A stretch of DNA of 64,000 nt, from NCBI GenBank assembly GCA_963532255.1, contig CAUSKO010000001.1, positions 8,502 to 72,501 of the forward strand, given 5' to 3'. Shown one piece after another: positions 45,416 through 56,979 of the stretch; position 1 is the stretch's first letter; each line of letters starts with the position of its first letter. The translations under genes were made by a program, and so were the position numbers. The notes under the pieces were generated by a model. It had not been told where the DNA came from and searched no databases. It saw nothing but the letters and a program-made list of their open reading frames with translations. This stretch comes from an uncultured Gemella sp. (GTDB taxonomy: Bacteria; Bacillota; Bacilli; Staphylococcales; Gemellaceae).

Positions 45416-46435
45416 ATGATAAATCTGAATGGTGTTGGAAAAACATTCCATCAGAAAGGAAAAGAAATTGTAGCTTTAAAACCAACAAACCTTCATGTTA
45501 AAGAAGGAGAAATCTTCGGTATAATCGGCTACTCTGGTGCAGGTAAAAGTACACTATTAAGATGCATTAATTTACTAGAAACTCCAACTTGTGGTGAAGT
45601 AGTTGTTGATGGGCAAGTTGTCAATAAACTAAATAGACACGATTTAAGAATCTATCGACAAAAAATAGGAATGATTTTCCAACAATTTAACTTATTAAAT
45701 TCTAAAACTGTTGGTGGAAACATTGCCTTTAACCTTAAAGCTGGAGACGCTAAAGCTGATGAAATCCCAAAACGTATTGATGAATTACTTGAACTTGTTG
45801 GGCTAGTAGACAAGAAAAATGTTTACCCTAGTCAGCTTTCAGGTGGTCAAAAACAACGTGTTGGAATAGCCAAAGCACTAGCAAATAATCCTAAAGTATT
45901 ACTATGCGATGAGGCTACAAGTGCACTTGATCCAGTTACAACAAAACAAATTCTTTCATTATTGAAAGAAATCAATAAAAAATTAGGACTTACTATTATT
46001 CTTGTCACTCATGAAATGGAAGTTATAAAACAAATTTGTGATAAAGTTGCTGTTATGGAAAATGGTGAAATTATTGAATTAAGCTCTGCTTATGATGTTT
46101 TCTCTAATCCTAAAACAAAACTAATGAAAGAATTTATTTCAAATCTACATAGTGATGATGATTTTGAAGAACAGTTTTTAGAACAATATAAAGATGAAAC
46201 TGTAATTAAAGTTATCTTTAAAGGAGATGCAGCAAAAGAACCAGTAATTCAAACACTAGCAAATAAATATAAAGTTACTACAAATATACTAGCAGGAAGA
46301 ATTGAATATATTCAAAGCAAACAGCTAGGAAGCTTAACTTTTTCTGTTACTGGAGAAGTTAAAAATTGTACTGATTTCGTTAATCATTTAATTAATAATG
46401 TTAGTGATGTGGAGGTGAGAGTTTATGGAGAATAA
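45416..46435 (+). CDS. metN: Methionine ABC transporter ATPase
   Basis: GYSGAGKS, LCDEATSALDP, C-terminal NIL domain. Confidence 0.93.
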   Translation: MINLNGVGKTFHQKGKEIVALKPTNLHVKEGEIFGIIGYSGAGKSTLLRCINLLETPTCGEVVVDGQVVNKLNRHDLRIYRQKIGMIFQQFNLLNSKTVGGNIAFNLKAGDAKADEIPKRIDELLELVGLVDKKNVYPSQLSGGQKQRVGIAKALANNPKVLLCDEATSALDPVTTKQILSLLKEINKKLGLTIILVTHEMEVIKQICDKVAVMENGEIIELSSAYDVFSNPKTKLMKEFISNLHSDDDFEEQFLEQYKDETVIKVIFKGDAAKEPVIQTLANKYKVTTNILAGRIEYIQSKQLGSLTFSVTGEVKNCTDFVNHLINNVSDVEVRVYGE

Positions 46436-47105
46436 TCTTAGTTTGGCTGAACAATGGAATAATCTTCAACCAGAACTTATTCAATCTTTTGGTGATTCAC
46501 TATACATGATAGGTGTTTCTATAATAATTACTGTTATTGTAGGTTTATTCTTAGGTATTGTTTTATTTTTAACTAGTAATAGATTACTATTTAAAAATGT
46601 TTTCATATACAAAACAGTTGATTTTATAGTGAACACTATTCGTTCTATCCCATTTATTATATTACTTGTATTTTTAATACCTTTTACTCTATTCTTATTA
46701 GGGAAATCTACTGGTCCAACAGGAGCAATAGTACCACTAACTGTCGCTGCTATTCCACTATTTACTAGATTAGTTGACACTTCTCTAAACGAAATAGATT
46801 ACGGTATTATAGAATCAGCTGTTGCTTCAGGTGCTTCACTTCCATTAATTGTTAAAGAAGTACTTATCCCTGAAGCAATGTTTGGAATTATCCAATCAAT
46901 TACTCTAACTTTAATTAATCTTATTGCTTTTTCTGCAATGGCTGGAGTTGTCGGAGGCGGTGGTATTGGAGACCTTGCTATTAGATATGGCTACTATCGT
47001 TTTGATAATTTTACTATGTGGGTTACAGTAATTTTATTAATTATCTTGGTTCAAATTACACAATATATCGGAAATTATATTTCAAAAAAATTCAAAAAAA
47101 ATTAA
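46425..47105 (+). CDS. metI: Methionine ABC transporter permease
   Basis: RSIPFIIL, SAMAGVVGGGGIG. Confidence 0.92.
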   Translation: MENNLSLAEQWNNLQPELIQSFGDSLYMIGVSIIITVIVGLFLGIVLFLTSNRLLFKNVFIYKTVDFIVNTIRSIPFIILLVFLIPFTLFLLGKSTGPTGAIVPLTVAAIPLFTRLVDTSLNEIDYGIIESAVASGASLPLIVKEVLIPEAMFGIIQSITLTLINLIAFSAMAGVVGGGGIGDLAIRYGYYRFDNFTMWVTVILLIILVQITQYIGNYISKKFKKN

Positions 47106-47124
47106 TTTAAGGAGACTAATAATT

Positions 47125-47952
47125 ATGACTAAACTAAAAAAAATATTAACAATTGCTTTTACAGCACTATTAGCTATAACACTTACTGCTTGTGGAGCTT
47201 CTAAATCAAATTCAAACTCAAGTAGTGATAAAAAAGAAATAAAAATTGGTGCTACATCTGGACCGTATGCTGACATGGTTAATAAAGCTATAAAACCACT
47301 TTTAGAGAAAAAAGGTTATACTGTTAAAGTTACTGAATTCTCTGATTATATTCAACCCAATAAGGCATTAAACAGTGGTGAATTAGATGCAAACTTATTC
47401 CAACATAAGATTTACATGAAAAAATTTGCTGAACAAAATAATATGGATTTAACTGCTATTGCTCCTGTACCTACTGCACCAATGGGACTATATTCTGACA
47501 AAGTAAAAGATCTTAAAGACTTACCTGATGGAGCTGAAGTTACACTACCTAATGATCCATCAAACGCTGCACGTGCATACGCATTATTAGCTTCTGCTGG
47601 CTTAATCAAAATCAAGCCAGATACTGACGTACTGAAAATTACTAAAAATGATGTAATCGAAAATCCAAAAAATCTTAAATTCACAGAATTAGAAGCTGGT
47701 CAACTTGCTCGTTCTTTAAATAGTACAACATTATCAGCAGTACCTGGAAACTTTGCTCTAGCTGCAAAATTTGATCTAACAAAAGCATTAAAACTAGAAA
47801 AGATGAATGAAAACAACCGTAATAATGTTGTTGTTACTACAGCAAATAAAGATACACAACTTGCTAAAGATTTAATCGAAGTTGTTCAATCAAAAGAGTT
47901 CGATGAAATAATCGACAAAGAATTTAAAGGTTTTGATAAACCAGAAAAATAA
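47125..47952 (+). CDS. metQ: Methionine-binding lipoprotein
   Basis: LTAC lipobox, FSDYIQPN, ANLFQH, PNDPSN. Confidence 0.92.
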   Translation: MTKLKKILTIAFTALLAITLTACGASKSNSNSSSDKKEIKIGATSGPYADMVNKAIKPLLEKKGYTVKVTEFSDYIQPNKALNSGELDANLFQHKIYMKKFAEQNNMDLTAIAPVPTAPMGLYSDKVKDLKDLPDGAEVTLPNDPSNAARAYALLASAGLIKIKPDTDVLKITKNDVIENPKNLKFTELEAGQLARSLNSTTLSAVPGNFALAAKFDLTKALKLEKMNENNRNNVVVTTANKDTQLAKDLIEVVQSKEFDEIIDKEFKGFDKPEK

Positions 47953-47973
47953 TAAATTAGGATGTGATTAATT

Positions 47974-49146
47974 ATGAAAATTGAATTATCAAATACACTA
48001 AAAAATATTCCTGAAAATGTTTTTTATCCAATTTTTAAATTAATCTCTGAAGAAAGTTCAAGTAATAATCCTTTATTAAATGCGGGTATCGGAGTTCCTG
48101 ACTCTGATACCCCAGAACTTTTATTAGAGACCTTAGAACAAGCTATTAGAAAACCAGAAAATATGCGTTATGGTTCTTTTGATGGGAAATCAGAACTACT
48201 AAATGAAATCTCACTATGGCTAAAAGAAACCTATGGAATAGAGGCAAATCCTAAAGACGAAATAGCTTTAGTATTTGGAACTAAGTCTGGGTTATCAAGT
48301 ATCCCTTCAGTATTATTAAATAAAGATGATACTGTTTTACTACCTGTTCCTAGTTATCCTGATTATATTCAAGGCATTGCTCTTGCTCAAGCTAAATATG
48401 AAGAAATTCAATTGAAAGAAGAGAATAATTATTTAGTAGATTATTCATCTATTCCAACTGAACTATCAAAAAAAGGAAAGTTAATTTTTCTAAATTATCC
48501 TTCAAATCCTATTGGAGCAGTTGCTACAAAAGAATTTTATAAAGAAACTGTTAATTGGGCAAAGTTAAATAATATTATTGTAGTTCAAGATCATGCCTAT
48601 TCAGATTTTTATTATGAAAAAGACTCATCTCCCTGCTTTATTTCTACACCAGAAGCTAAAGATGTTGGAATAGAATTCTTTTCTTTCTCTAAAAATTTTT
48701 CAATATCAGGACTTAGAATTGGATTTGCAGTTGGAAATAAAGAAATTATTAAAGGTCTTAAAGTGTACAACTCTATTTTTCATGCAAATATTTATGGCGC
48801 TATACAAGATACAGTAATAACTGCATTGAAAAATCACAAAGTACTTACTTCAAATATTAAGGAAACTTTTAAAAATAGAATTAATAAAATCACAAGAAAG
48901 CTGGATGAATTAGGTTATTCATACTTTAAACCAAAAGGTGGAATATTTATCTGGCTAAAAGTAAAAGAAGGATTTAACAGTCAAAGTTTCTTTGAATTAT
49001 TATTAAAAAAATATAGAATAGTCACTATGCCTGGACATGTTTTTGGTAGTGGAGGGGAAAATTATATTAGATTAAGTCTCAGTCTTTCAGATAAGCAAAT
49101 TGATACTCTTTTAGAAAAACTAGATCAACTTAATAAAGATTTATAA
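47974..49146 (+). CDS. PLP-dependent class I/II aminotransferase (MtnE-like)
   Basis: LNYPSNPIG, DHAY, SFSKNFSISGLRIG. Confidence 0.85.
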   Translation: MKIELSNTLKNIPENVFYPIFKLISEESSSNNPLLNAGIGVPDSDTPELLLETLEQAIRKPENMRYGSFDGKSELLNEISLWLKETYGIEANPKDEIALVFGTKSGLSSIPSVLLNKDDTVLLPVPSYPDYIQGIALAQAKYEEIQLKEENNYLVDYSSIPTELSKKGKLIFLNYPSNPIGAVATKEFYKETVNWAKLNNIIVVQDHAYSDFYYEKDSSPCFISTPEAKDVGIEFFSFSKNFSISGLRIGFAVGNKEIIKGLKVYNSIFHANIYGAIQDTVITALKNHKVLTSNIKETFKNRINKITRKLDELGYSYFKPKGGIFIWLKVKEGFNSQSFFELLLKKYRIVTMPGHVFGSGGENYIRLSLSLSDKQIDTLLEKLDQLNKDL

Positions 49147-49152
49147 TTATAA

Positions 49153-49198
49153 TAAAAAAGAATCATCTTTAAAAATTTTTAAAGATGATTCTTTTTTA
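49153..49198. terminator. Bidirectional terminator
   Basis: AAAAAAGAATCATCTTTAAAA / TTTTAAAGATGATTCTTTTTT. Confidence 0.85.
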
Positions 49199-49651
49199 TT
49201 ATGAGTTTGGTATTTGAATCTTTTGTCCAACAGTTAAATTATTATTGTTCATATTATTTGCTTGCTTTATTTTATCAATACCATTTTGTGCATTTCCTTC
49301 ACCATATGCACTTGAAGCAATTGTAAACAATGTATCCCCTGTTTTCACCACATAACTTTGTCCAGCTATTGGTGTTGAACTAACTTTTCCAGAGTTTTGA
49401 TTCTTATCTTTATTATTTGATGATGAATTATTAGTAATTTTTTCATCATTTGCTTTTGGTAAATTATTATTAGTTGTCGCTTTTGTTTCTTCGGGTACTT
49501 TTGCTTTTTCAGTTGTTTGAGTAGCATTTGAAGAAGGATTACCTTTGATACCAATAGTATTACCTAATGCAGTAAAACCAACTAGAATAAGTGGTGCCAA
49601 TACAACAAATATAACAACTAGTACGGCATTTTTAATACTCTTTTTGTTCAT
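49199..49651 (-). CDS. Membrane-anchored LysM protein
   Basis: N-terminal TM, Asn/Ser/Thr-rich linker, YVVKTGDTLFTIA...GQKIQIP. Confidence 0.88.
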   Translation of the reverse strand: MNKKSIKNAVLVVIFVVLAPLILVGFTALGNTIGIKGNPSSNATQTTEKAKVPEETKATTNNNLPKANDEKITNNSSSNNKDKNQNSGKVSSTPIAGQSYVVKTGDTLFTIASSAYGEGNAQNGIDKIKQANNMNNNNLTVGQKIQIPNS

Positions 49652-49667
49652 AAAAATATCCTACCAA

Positions 49668-49847
49668 CTATTCCGAAACTTCTTCAAAATAGCCATGATA
49701 ATAACCACCAATTTTACCGCTATTATCTCTTATAAATATATATTCTTCTGTTTCGTTTACTACTTCATAGACTTTTCCAATTGTTAACATGTCACTTACT
49801 TTAAATTTTTCTGCGTCAGTATGCTTAACTATAACTTTTTTAGACAT
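49668..49847 (-). CDS. Small conserved protein (59 aa, DUF6501-like), absent from the ORF track
   Basis: AGGAGG RBS; MSKKVIVKHTDAEKFKVSDMLTIGKVYEVVNETEEYIFIRDNSGKIGGYYHGYFEEVSE; fills the panF-lysM gap. Confidence 0.8.
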   Translation of the reverse strand: MSKKVIVKHTDAEKFKVSDMLTIGKVYEVVNETEEYIFIRDNSGKIGGYYHGYFEEVSE

Positions 49848-49873
49848 TGTATCTCCTCCTTTTATGTACTATT

Positions 49874-51340
49874 TTATTTTATTATAATATTACTATTTTT
49901 GCAATTTTTTTTATTTATAATCTTCGATATAATAACAAATGCAATTAGTGATAATGATAATGAAATTACTACTGGCTCTATTGTTTTAATTACATATATA
50001 TTCTTAAATATAATATAACTTACTAAGCCTACTACTATAGAAGTAATTGCTCCTAATTTCTCTGCGCGTTTCCAGTATAACCCTAAAAGAATTGGCCATA
50101 AAAATGTAGATTCTAAACCACCAAAAGCAAATAAATTAACATTAACTATTAAGCTAGGTGGTCTCATACTAATAAACATTATTAATATTACCACAATAAT
50201 ATTTATTGAATATACAAAAATAGGAATTTTTTTACCAGTAATAGATTTTTTAACTACTTTTGTATTGAATAACAAATCTTTTACTAAAGCAGATGATATT
50301 AGTAAAAATTGTGCATTAACTGTTGTTATAATTGCTGCCATTGGTGCTGCAAGTACTACTGCCGCTAAATACCATGGTAACACCCTAAGTGTAATAATTG
50401 GTATGACAGAATCAAAATCTTTAATATCTGGAAATACACCTCTAGCCATAACTCCAATTAAATGAACTCCAAACATAACAATAAAAATAACAATTGAGCC
50501 TATAATTATTGATTGTTTAAGGCTTCGTGTATTTTTATATAACATTGAATTAATTGCTATCTGAGGAATACCGATTACTCCGACCCCAACTAATACCCAG
50601 AATGACGATACATATTTTGCAGTTAAACTACCATCAGCTCCAAAAGGTGTTATTATCTTTTCATTTATTGCAACTAAATTATTTGTAATATTTTCAATTC
50701 CTCCACCAAATGATATTACCGAATACAGTAATATTATTGTAGAAAAAATCATTATTAAACCTTGAATCATATCGGTAATTAAAATATTTTTTAATCCACC
50801 GAAGACTACACAAAATACAATAATAATAGATATTAGTACAACACCTGTTTTATAACTAATACCAGTAAAAGCAACTAATAACTTAGCTCCACCTACCCAT
50901 TGGGCTGACATTGCAGCTATTAAGAAAATAATCATTGCAAATGTTGAAAAATATGCAACAATATTTGATTTATATCTATTCTTTAAATAGTCACTTATTG
51001 TTATGGCATTTATACGTTTTGCTTCTTTTTTAAATTTTTTGGCTAAAACCAAAAGTACAAAGTATCCTGTTACTACCTGAATAACAGCAAGTAATACCCA
51101 ACCGTATCCAAGTTTATATGCAACTCCAGGTCCCCCTAAAAATGTCGAAGCTGATCCATATGTTGACATTAAAGTAATTGCTAAAACTATTCCACTTACT
51201 TTTCTATCTGCTAAATAATATTTTTCAAAAAATCCACTATGATTTTTACCTGTTTTATTTAATATTAATGGTAAGAGGATTATTCCTAAAAATATAAGAG
51301 TAAACAAAATTAGTATTTTGAAATCTACATTATACTTCAT
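49874..51340 (-). CDS. panF: Sodium/pantothenate symporter
   Basis: SSS family, STYGSASTFLGGPG, NLFAFGGL; follows the yhdT-like gene. Confidence 0.88.
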   Translation of the reverse strand: MKYNVDFKILILFTLIFLGIILLPLILNKTGKNHSGFFEKYYLADRKVSGIVLAITLMSTYGSASTFLGGPGVAYKLGYGWVLLAVIQVVTGYFVLLVLAKKFKKEAKRINAITISDYLKNRYKSNIVAYFSTFAMIIFLIAAMSAQWVGGAKLLVAFTGISYKTGVVLISIIIVFCVVFGGLKNILITDMIQGLIMIFSTIILLYSVISFGGGIENITNNLVAINEKIITPFGADGSLTAKYVSSFWVLVGVGVIGIPQIAINSMLYKNTRSLKQSIIIGSIVIFIVMFGVHLIGVMARGVFPDIKDFDSVIPIITLRVLPWYLAAVVLAAPMAAIITTVNAQFLLISSALVKDLLFNTKVVKKSITGKKIPIFVYSINIIVVILIMFISMRPPSLIVNVNLFAFGGLESTFLWPILLGLYWKRAEKLGAITSIVVGLVSYIIFKNIYVIKTIEPVVISLSLSLIAFVIISKIINKKNCKNSNIIIK

Positions 51341-51584
51341 TATTTTCCTCCTCTTTAATCTCTTTATTAAACAATATGTTAGTAAAGAGAATAACCATGA
51401 AAATTATAAATATACTGACCACAACTGAGCTATAGAAAAACCATTCTGGCAATCCTAGTATATATTTATAATCTTTAACATCTACTCCTGCATATTTAAC
51501 GTATGCAAAATAATACCACAATAAAAAATGAATTATAGCTAAAAATATAGCCACTGGTCCTTCTTTTAATTTTAATTTATCCAT
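51330..51584 (-). CDS. YhdT-like small membrane protein
   Basis: GLPEWFFYS motif; directly upstream of panF. Confidence 0.8.
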   Translation of the reverse strand: MDKLKLKEGPVAIFLAIIHFLLWYYFAYVKYAGVDVKDYKYILGLPEWFFYSSVVVSIFIIFMVILFTNILFNKEIKEEENNEV

Positions 51585-52180
51585 TTATTTTTCCCTAATT
51601 TCTTTACAATAAAATCATATATATCAATATAATATACTTTCATTACATCTACAACTATACTACCAAGCAATACTCCTGCAACTACGTCAGTTAAGAAGTG
51701 TGCACCTAAAACCATTCTTGAAATTGGTACTGCGATAATAGCAAATGTTGCTATAGCAGATAAAATTTCTTTTTTATTGATAACAAATAGTAACGCCAAG
51801 AAGAATAATGCTACAAATGTAGAATGTCCACTTGGGAAACTAAATCCATCATGTACTTCAGGTAAAGGTCTTACTCGTTGAACGGTATATTTAATAGTAA
51901 ATAGTAAGAAACCACCTATTCCAGCACTAAAAAATATAAACACTGCTTTTTTCACTTCTTTTATCCACACTAAAAATGCGGATAATAAAATCATTATTAA
52001 TAATAATAATTTATCATTAAACACTAGAGATATAATCTTAGCAGTTGTCGCTAATACTTTTATTTCAATCAAATCAGCGATAATTGTATCAAAAATATTG
52101 CTAGGAAATTTTACAGCGATAAACATTAATAAAAGAAATACTACTAATTTTATGTAAGTATATAGCTTTATCTTTTTCAT
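51572..52180 (-). CDS. PAP2-family phosphatase
   Basis: K..VQRVRP, SFPSGH, SRMVLGAHFLTDV. Confidence 0.9.
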   Translation of the reverse strand: MKKIKLYTYIKLVVFLLLMFIAVKFPSNIFDTIIADLIEIKVLATTAKIISLVFNDKLLLLIMILLSAFLVWIKEVKKAVFIFFSAGIGGFLLFTIKYTVQRVRPLPEVHDGFSFPSGHSTFVALFFLALLFVINKKEILSAIATFAIIAVPISRMVLGAHFLTDVVAGVLLGSIVVDVMKVYYIDIYDFIVKKLGKNKWIN

Positions 52181-53262
52181 TATTTTTCACCTCCTACTTC
52201 CATTAATATTTTGTTGTAAAAATCTTCCACATTGTTAATAACCTTTTTCTCCTCTTTATAACTAATCATCGCTTTTTTATAGTCATCCAAGTGATTATAA
52301 AAGTTATCAACTTTTTCTAATTCAAAGTTTGTAAATTCACTTTCTTGTACTACTAGAGCAAAATTATTTTTTTCGAAAAACTTAGCATTTTCAATTTGGT
52401 CTCCTCTACTTTGATTAGTTCCTAATGGTACTAAAATAGCAGGTATATTTAAAGCTAAAAATTCATAAAGTGCGTTTGCTCCTGCACGAGAAATTGTGAA
52501 GTCAACAATTTTAAAAATATCAAATAACTCTGAAGATAGGAATTCATATTGATTGTAACCTTCTACATTAATATCTTTATTCAACAAGCCTTTTCCTACT
52601 AAATGAATAATTTGATACTTTTTAGTAAGCTCTTCAATATTATCCCAAATATAGTCGTTAAGAATTTTCGAACCAAGAGATCCCCCCATAACTAAAATTA
52701 CAGGTTTTTCTTCATTAAACCCACAAAACTGGTAAGCTCTATCCTTACTACCACCATATATAGCATCACGTACAATAGCACCAATCAAACTAGCTTTACC
52801 TTTCGGTAAATAATTCAATGTATCTTCGAATGTAGTAAAGATATGATTACTAAATTTTATATTTATTTTATTAGCTAAGCCTGGAGTTAAATCAGATTCA
52901 TGTAGCACAACAGGAACTTTTAGTAAACGTGCTGCCACACATACTGGAACACTAACAAAACCGCCTTTTGAAAATATAAAATTTGGTTTTTCTTTTTTTA
53001 TTATAAAAATTGAATCTAAAATACCTTTTAATACTTTAAATGGATCTATAAAGTTTTCCCAAGAAAAGTATCTTCTTAACTTTCCTGAGCTTATAGCATG
53101 ATATTTTACATCATCTATATTTTCAATCATTTCCTTCTCTATTCCTTTTTTACTACCAATATATGAAATTTGGTATCCATGTTTTTTAAACTCTGGAATA
53201 AGCGCCACATTTACCGAGACATGTCCTGCTGAGCCGCCGCCAGTAAAAAGAATTTTATTCAC
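52180..53262 (-). CDS. murG: Lipid I N-acetylglucosaminyltransferase
   Basis: GGGSAGH, GGFVS, HESD, GGSLG, SRAGA. Confidence 0.92.
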   Translation of the reverse strand: MNKILFTGGGSAGHVSVNVALIPEFKKHGYQISYIGSKKGIEKEMIENIDDVKYHAISSGKLRRYFSWENFIDPFKVLKGILDSIFIIKKEKPNFIFSKGGFVSVPVCVAARLLKVPVVLHESDLTPGLANKINIKFSNHIFTTFEDTLNYLPKGKASLIGAIVRDAIYGGSKDRAYQFCGFNEEKPVILVMGGSLGSKILNDYIWDNIEELTKKYQIIHLVGKGLLNKDINVEGYNQYEFLSSELFDIFKIVDFTISRAGANALYEFLALNIPAILVPLGTNQSRGDQIENAKFFEKNNFALVVQESEFTNFELEKVDNFYNHLDDYKKAMISYKEEKKVINNVEDFYNKILMEVGGEK

Positions 53263-53756
53263 TATTGTTCTCTCTCCTTCATCTTTTTCTCTAGTTTTTC
53301 TTCAACATGTTTTGGAACAAATTTCGATAAATCAGCACCAAAACCTGAAACACCTTTAACTATACTTGAACTTATAAATGAATACTGTTTATTAGCCATC
53401 ATGTAAAATGTTTCTATATTTTCATCTAAAGCTTTATTCATAAAAGTAAGCTGCATCTCATATTCAAAGTCAGAAACTGCTCTTAGTCCTCTAACTATTA
53501 CTGTAGAATTTACTCTTTTCGCGTAATTAACTAATAAACCTGAAAAAGAATCAACCTTAACATTTTTAAAGTCTTTAATAGATTCATTAATCATTTCTTC
53601 ACGTTCTTCTAATGTAAATAAATATTTTTTATCAGGATTTACTAAAATAGCAACTATGACTTCATCAAACAGTTGTGCACTCCTTTTAATAATATCAATA
53701 TGACCATATGTTATTGGGTCAAAACTTCCAGGCACTATCGCAATTTTTCTTCTCAT
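53262..53756 (-). CDS. coaD: Phosphopantetheine adenylyltransferase
   Basis: [19 protein letters not shown]. Confidence 0.95.
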   Translation of the reverse strand: MRRKIAIVPGSFDPITYGHIDIIKRSAQLFDEVIVAILVNPDKKYLFTLEEREEMINESIKDFKNVKVDSFSGLLVNYAKRVNSTVIVRGLRAVSDFEYEMQLTFMNKALDENIETFYMMANKQYSFISSSIVKGVSGFGADLSKFVPKHVEEKLEKKMKEREQ

Positions 53757-53760
53757 CTAA

Positions 53761-54312
53761 TTAATTCTCCATATACTCAAAGATAATTATATTTGTTATA
53801 CCATATTTTTTTTCTTTAACCAGTTCTAAGTTTTTAAACTTCGATTCAATAACTTCATTCACACTTTTTTCACAAACAATTAAACATCCATCATTACATA
53901 CATTATTTTCTAATATAGATGTAATAGCTTGATTAATTAATCCTTTATCATATGGTGGATCTAAAAATATTAAATCATACTTTTCTTCCTTTTTACCTAA
54001 TATTTTTAGTGCTCGTTTAAAATCATTACGATATACATCATAATCAGATTTTGGTATTTTACATTTATCAATATTTGAACGAATCACTTTTATCGCATTA
54101 TTACTACCATCTATAAAAGTAACATGACTGGCTCCCCTACTTAAACTTTCTATTCCTAAACCGCCAGTACCACCAAATAAATCTAATACTCTACCTTCAC
54201 AAGTCAGCATATTAAATAAATTTTCTTTTATTTTATCAGTTGTAGGTCTTGTATTCATCCCATCAACTGAATTTAATTTTATTGATTTATACTTTCCAGC
54301 TATAACTCTCAT
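53761..54312 (-). CDS. rsmD: 16S rRNA m2G966 methyltransferase
   Basis: MRVIAG, TRPTTD, DPPY. Confidence 0.93.
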   Translation of the reverse strand: MRVIAGKYKSIKLNSVDGMNTRPTTDKIKENLFNMLTCEGRVLDLFGGTGGLGIESLSRGASHVTFIDGSNNAIKVIRSNIDKCKIPKSDYDVYRNDFKRALKILGKKEEKYDLIFLDPPYDKGLINQAITSILENNVCNDGCLIVCEKSVNEVIESKFKNLELVKEKKYGITNIIIFEYMEN

Positions 54313-54381
54313 TTAATCCTCTCACAAGAAAGTAGTTCAAATACAATTAAAGGAGGATTTCTCCTCCCTTAAAATTATAAA

Positions 54382-54648
54382 CTACCTAGTAGTATCCAAT
54401 TTCTTATCAAAGTTCTCAAAACTAAGATGTAAATTAGACATCTCTGAAATTTCTACCTTTTTAACAAATTTCTTCTTTTTAAGGTCCGCTACTATACTAT
54501 CTATTCTATTTTCATCAACATAGATACATGCATACCTTCCTTTTTTAGAATACGAAATAAAATTCCCATACTTCTCAAGTTTATTTAAATCTTTAAAACT
54601 TTTGAAATATACATATATTCCACGTCGTTCTTTTTCAAATAACTCCAT
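54382..54648 (-). CDS. YlbG-family protein
   Basis: RRGIYVY..LEKYG..YSKK; ylbG-rsmD-coaD synteny. Confidence 0.75.
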   Translation of the reverse strand: MELFEKERRGIYVYFKSFKDLNKLEKYGNFISYSKKGRYACIYVDENRIDSIVADLKKKKFVKKVEISEMSNLHLSFENFDKKLDTTR

Positions 54649-54657
54649 ACAAATCTC

Positions 54658-56745
54658 CTAGAAGTGAGCTGTTGCGTCTACTCGACCTTTTTCATCGATT
54701 TTTATTACTTTAACTTTTAAAGTATCTCCCACTTTAACAACATCTTCAACTTTATTTACACGTTCAGCTGCTAATTTAGAAATATGAACAAGAGCATCAA
54801 CACCAGGGAATAATTCTACAAACGCTCCGAATTTTTCAATTCGTTTAACTTCTGCTAAATAAATTTCTCCCACTTCAGCTTCTCGAGTTATATTCTCAAT
54901 AATTTCGATTGCTTTGTTAATTCCTTCAATTTCAGGTGAAGAAATAAATACTTCTCCTGTTTGTTCAATATCAATTTTAACACCTGTTTTTTCAATAATT
55001 TCATTAATAACTTTCCCACCAGAACCGATAACATCTTTAATTTTTTCTGGTTTAATTTTAATAATTTTAATCTTAGGTGCATAAGTAGAAACTTCTTCAC
55101 GTGGATTATTTATTACTTCATTCATATGATCTAAAATTTGTAATCTACCAACACGAGCTTGTTCTAAAGATTCTTTTAAAATTTGCTCACTTAATCCATC
55201 AATTTTTATATCCATTTGCAATGCTGTAATACCTTCTGAAGTACCAGCTACTTTAAAGTCCATATCACCTAAGTGATCTTCCATACCTTGAATATCAGTT
55301 AAAATAGTGTAGTGTTCATCTTTTTTCACTAATCCCATAGCTATCCCTGCTACTTGAGCTTTAATAGGTACACCTGCAGCCATAAGTGCCATAGAACCTG
55401 AACAAATAGTTGCTTGAGAACTAGATCCGTTCGATTCTAAGATTTCAGATACAATACGTATTGTATAAGGGAAGTCTTCTTTTGAAGGAATTACTTGAGC
55501 TAGTGCTCTTTCCCCTAATGCACCGTGTCCAATTTCTCGACGTCCAGGAGCACGACTAAATCCTACTTCTCCTACAGAAAATGCTGGGAAGTTGTAGTGT
55601 AGCATGAAACGTTTATTCTCTTCTTGAGTTAAATCATCAATAATTTGCTCATCTGATAAGTTACCTAGTGTTACTACACCTAAAGATTGAGTTTGACCGC
55701 GAGTAAATAATGCTGAACCATGGGCTCTTGGTAATACATCTATTCTCGAAGCAAGTGGTCTTATCTCTGTTAATGCACGCCCATCTGGTCTAACTTTATC
55801 TTCAGTAATTTCACGACGAACTTCATCTTTAACAATTTTGTCTAAAGATAATTTTGCTTCTTTAACGATATCTAATTCATCTTCTTCACTTACTCTTTCT
55901 TCAAATATAGCAACTACTTTTTCCTTAACAGCTGAAATAGCTTCGTCTCTTTCTTGTTTATCCTTAATTGAAATAGCTAATTTCATTTCAGTTAGTGCTA
56001 ATTCTAAAACTTCATTATAGATTTTTTCATCTATAACTTTAAGTTCAACTTCCATTTTTTCTTGACCAATTTCGTCAACAATTTGTTGTTGAAATGCTAT
56101 TAAACGCTTGATTTCTTCATGCCCAAACATAATTGCATTTAACATAATCTCTTCTGATACTTCCTTAGCTCCTGCTTCTACCATGTTAATAGCATCACTT
56201 GTTCCCGCAACTTTAAGATCAATTTCAGATTTTTCTAATTGTTCAATATTAGGATTTATTATGTATTCTCCATCTATATAACCTACCGTTACTCCAGCAA
56301 TTGGACCTTTAAATGGTATATTAGATACAGAAAGTGATAATGAACTTCCTAACATTGCTGCCATTACAGGATCACAATCGTATTCTACTGATAATACTGT
56401 AGAAATAACTTGAACTTCATTTCTAAATCCATCTTCAAATAATGGACGAATAGGTCTATCAATAAGACGAGCTGCTAATGTAGCTTCTGTTCCTGGTCTT
56501 CCTTCTCTTCTTAAAAATCCACCAGGAATTTTTCCAACAGCATACATTTTTTCTTCATAGTTAACTGTTAATGGAAAGAAATCTACATCTTTAGCTTCTT
56601 TAGAAGCAACTGCTGTAGTCAAGACAACTGTATCTCCATATTTTACTACTACTGCAGCATTTGCTTGTCTCGCCATTTCTCCTATTTCAACAGTTAATTC
56701 TTTACCTGCCCATTCTGTTGTGTATACTTTTTTTTCTTGAAACAT
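54658..56745 (-). CDS. pnp: Polynucleotide phosphorylase
   Basis: [28 protein letters not shown] and S1 domains. Confidence 0.97.
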   Translation of the reverse strand: MFQEKKVYTTEWAGKELTVEIGEMARQANAAVVVKYGDTVVLTTAVASKEAKDVDFFPLTVNYEEKMYAVGKIPGGFLRREGRPGTEATLAARLIDRPIRPLFEDGFRNEVQVISTVLSVEYDCDPVMAAMLGSSLSLSVSNIPFKGPIAGVTVGYIDGEYIINPNIEQLEKSEIDLKVAGTSDAINMVEAGAKEVSEEIMLNAIMFGHEEIKRLIAFQQQIVDEIGQEKMEVELKVIDEKIYNEVLELALTEMKLAISIKDKQERDEAISAVKEKVVAIFEERVSEEDELDIVKEAKLSLDKIVKDEVRREITEDKVRPDGRALTEIRPLASRIDVLPRAHGSALFTRGQTQSLGVVTLGNLSDEQIIDDLTQEENKRFMLHYNFPAFSVGEVGFSRAPGRREIGHGALGERALAQVIPSKEDFPYTIRIVSEILESNGSSSQATICSGSMALMAAGVPIKAQVAGIAMGLVKKDEHYTILTDIQGMEDHLGDMDFKVAGTSEGITALQMDIKIDGLSEQILKESLEQARVGRLQILDHMNEVINNPREEVSTYAPKIKIIKIKPEKIKDVIGSGGKVINEIIEKTGVKIDIEQTGEVFISSPEIEGINKAIEIIENITREAEVGEIYLAEVKRIEKFGAFVELFPGVDALVHISKLAAERVNKVEDVVKVGDTLKVKVIKIDEKGRVDATAHF

Positions 56746-56979
56746 CTTAATTTCCTTTCAATTTTTTATTACTAATTCTTTATATAAATCGACTATTTTA
56801 TTATATCATGAATAGTTTTATTTACAAAGAAAAAAAGAGATAAACATCATAATTTTAACATTTGATGTTTATCTCTAAAATTTAAGCTAATTGTATTTTA
56901 AATAATTTATATATTACTAAAAATATAAGTAATAAAATAATAAATATTATAAAATATATTTTTTGTTTATTTGTCATAT

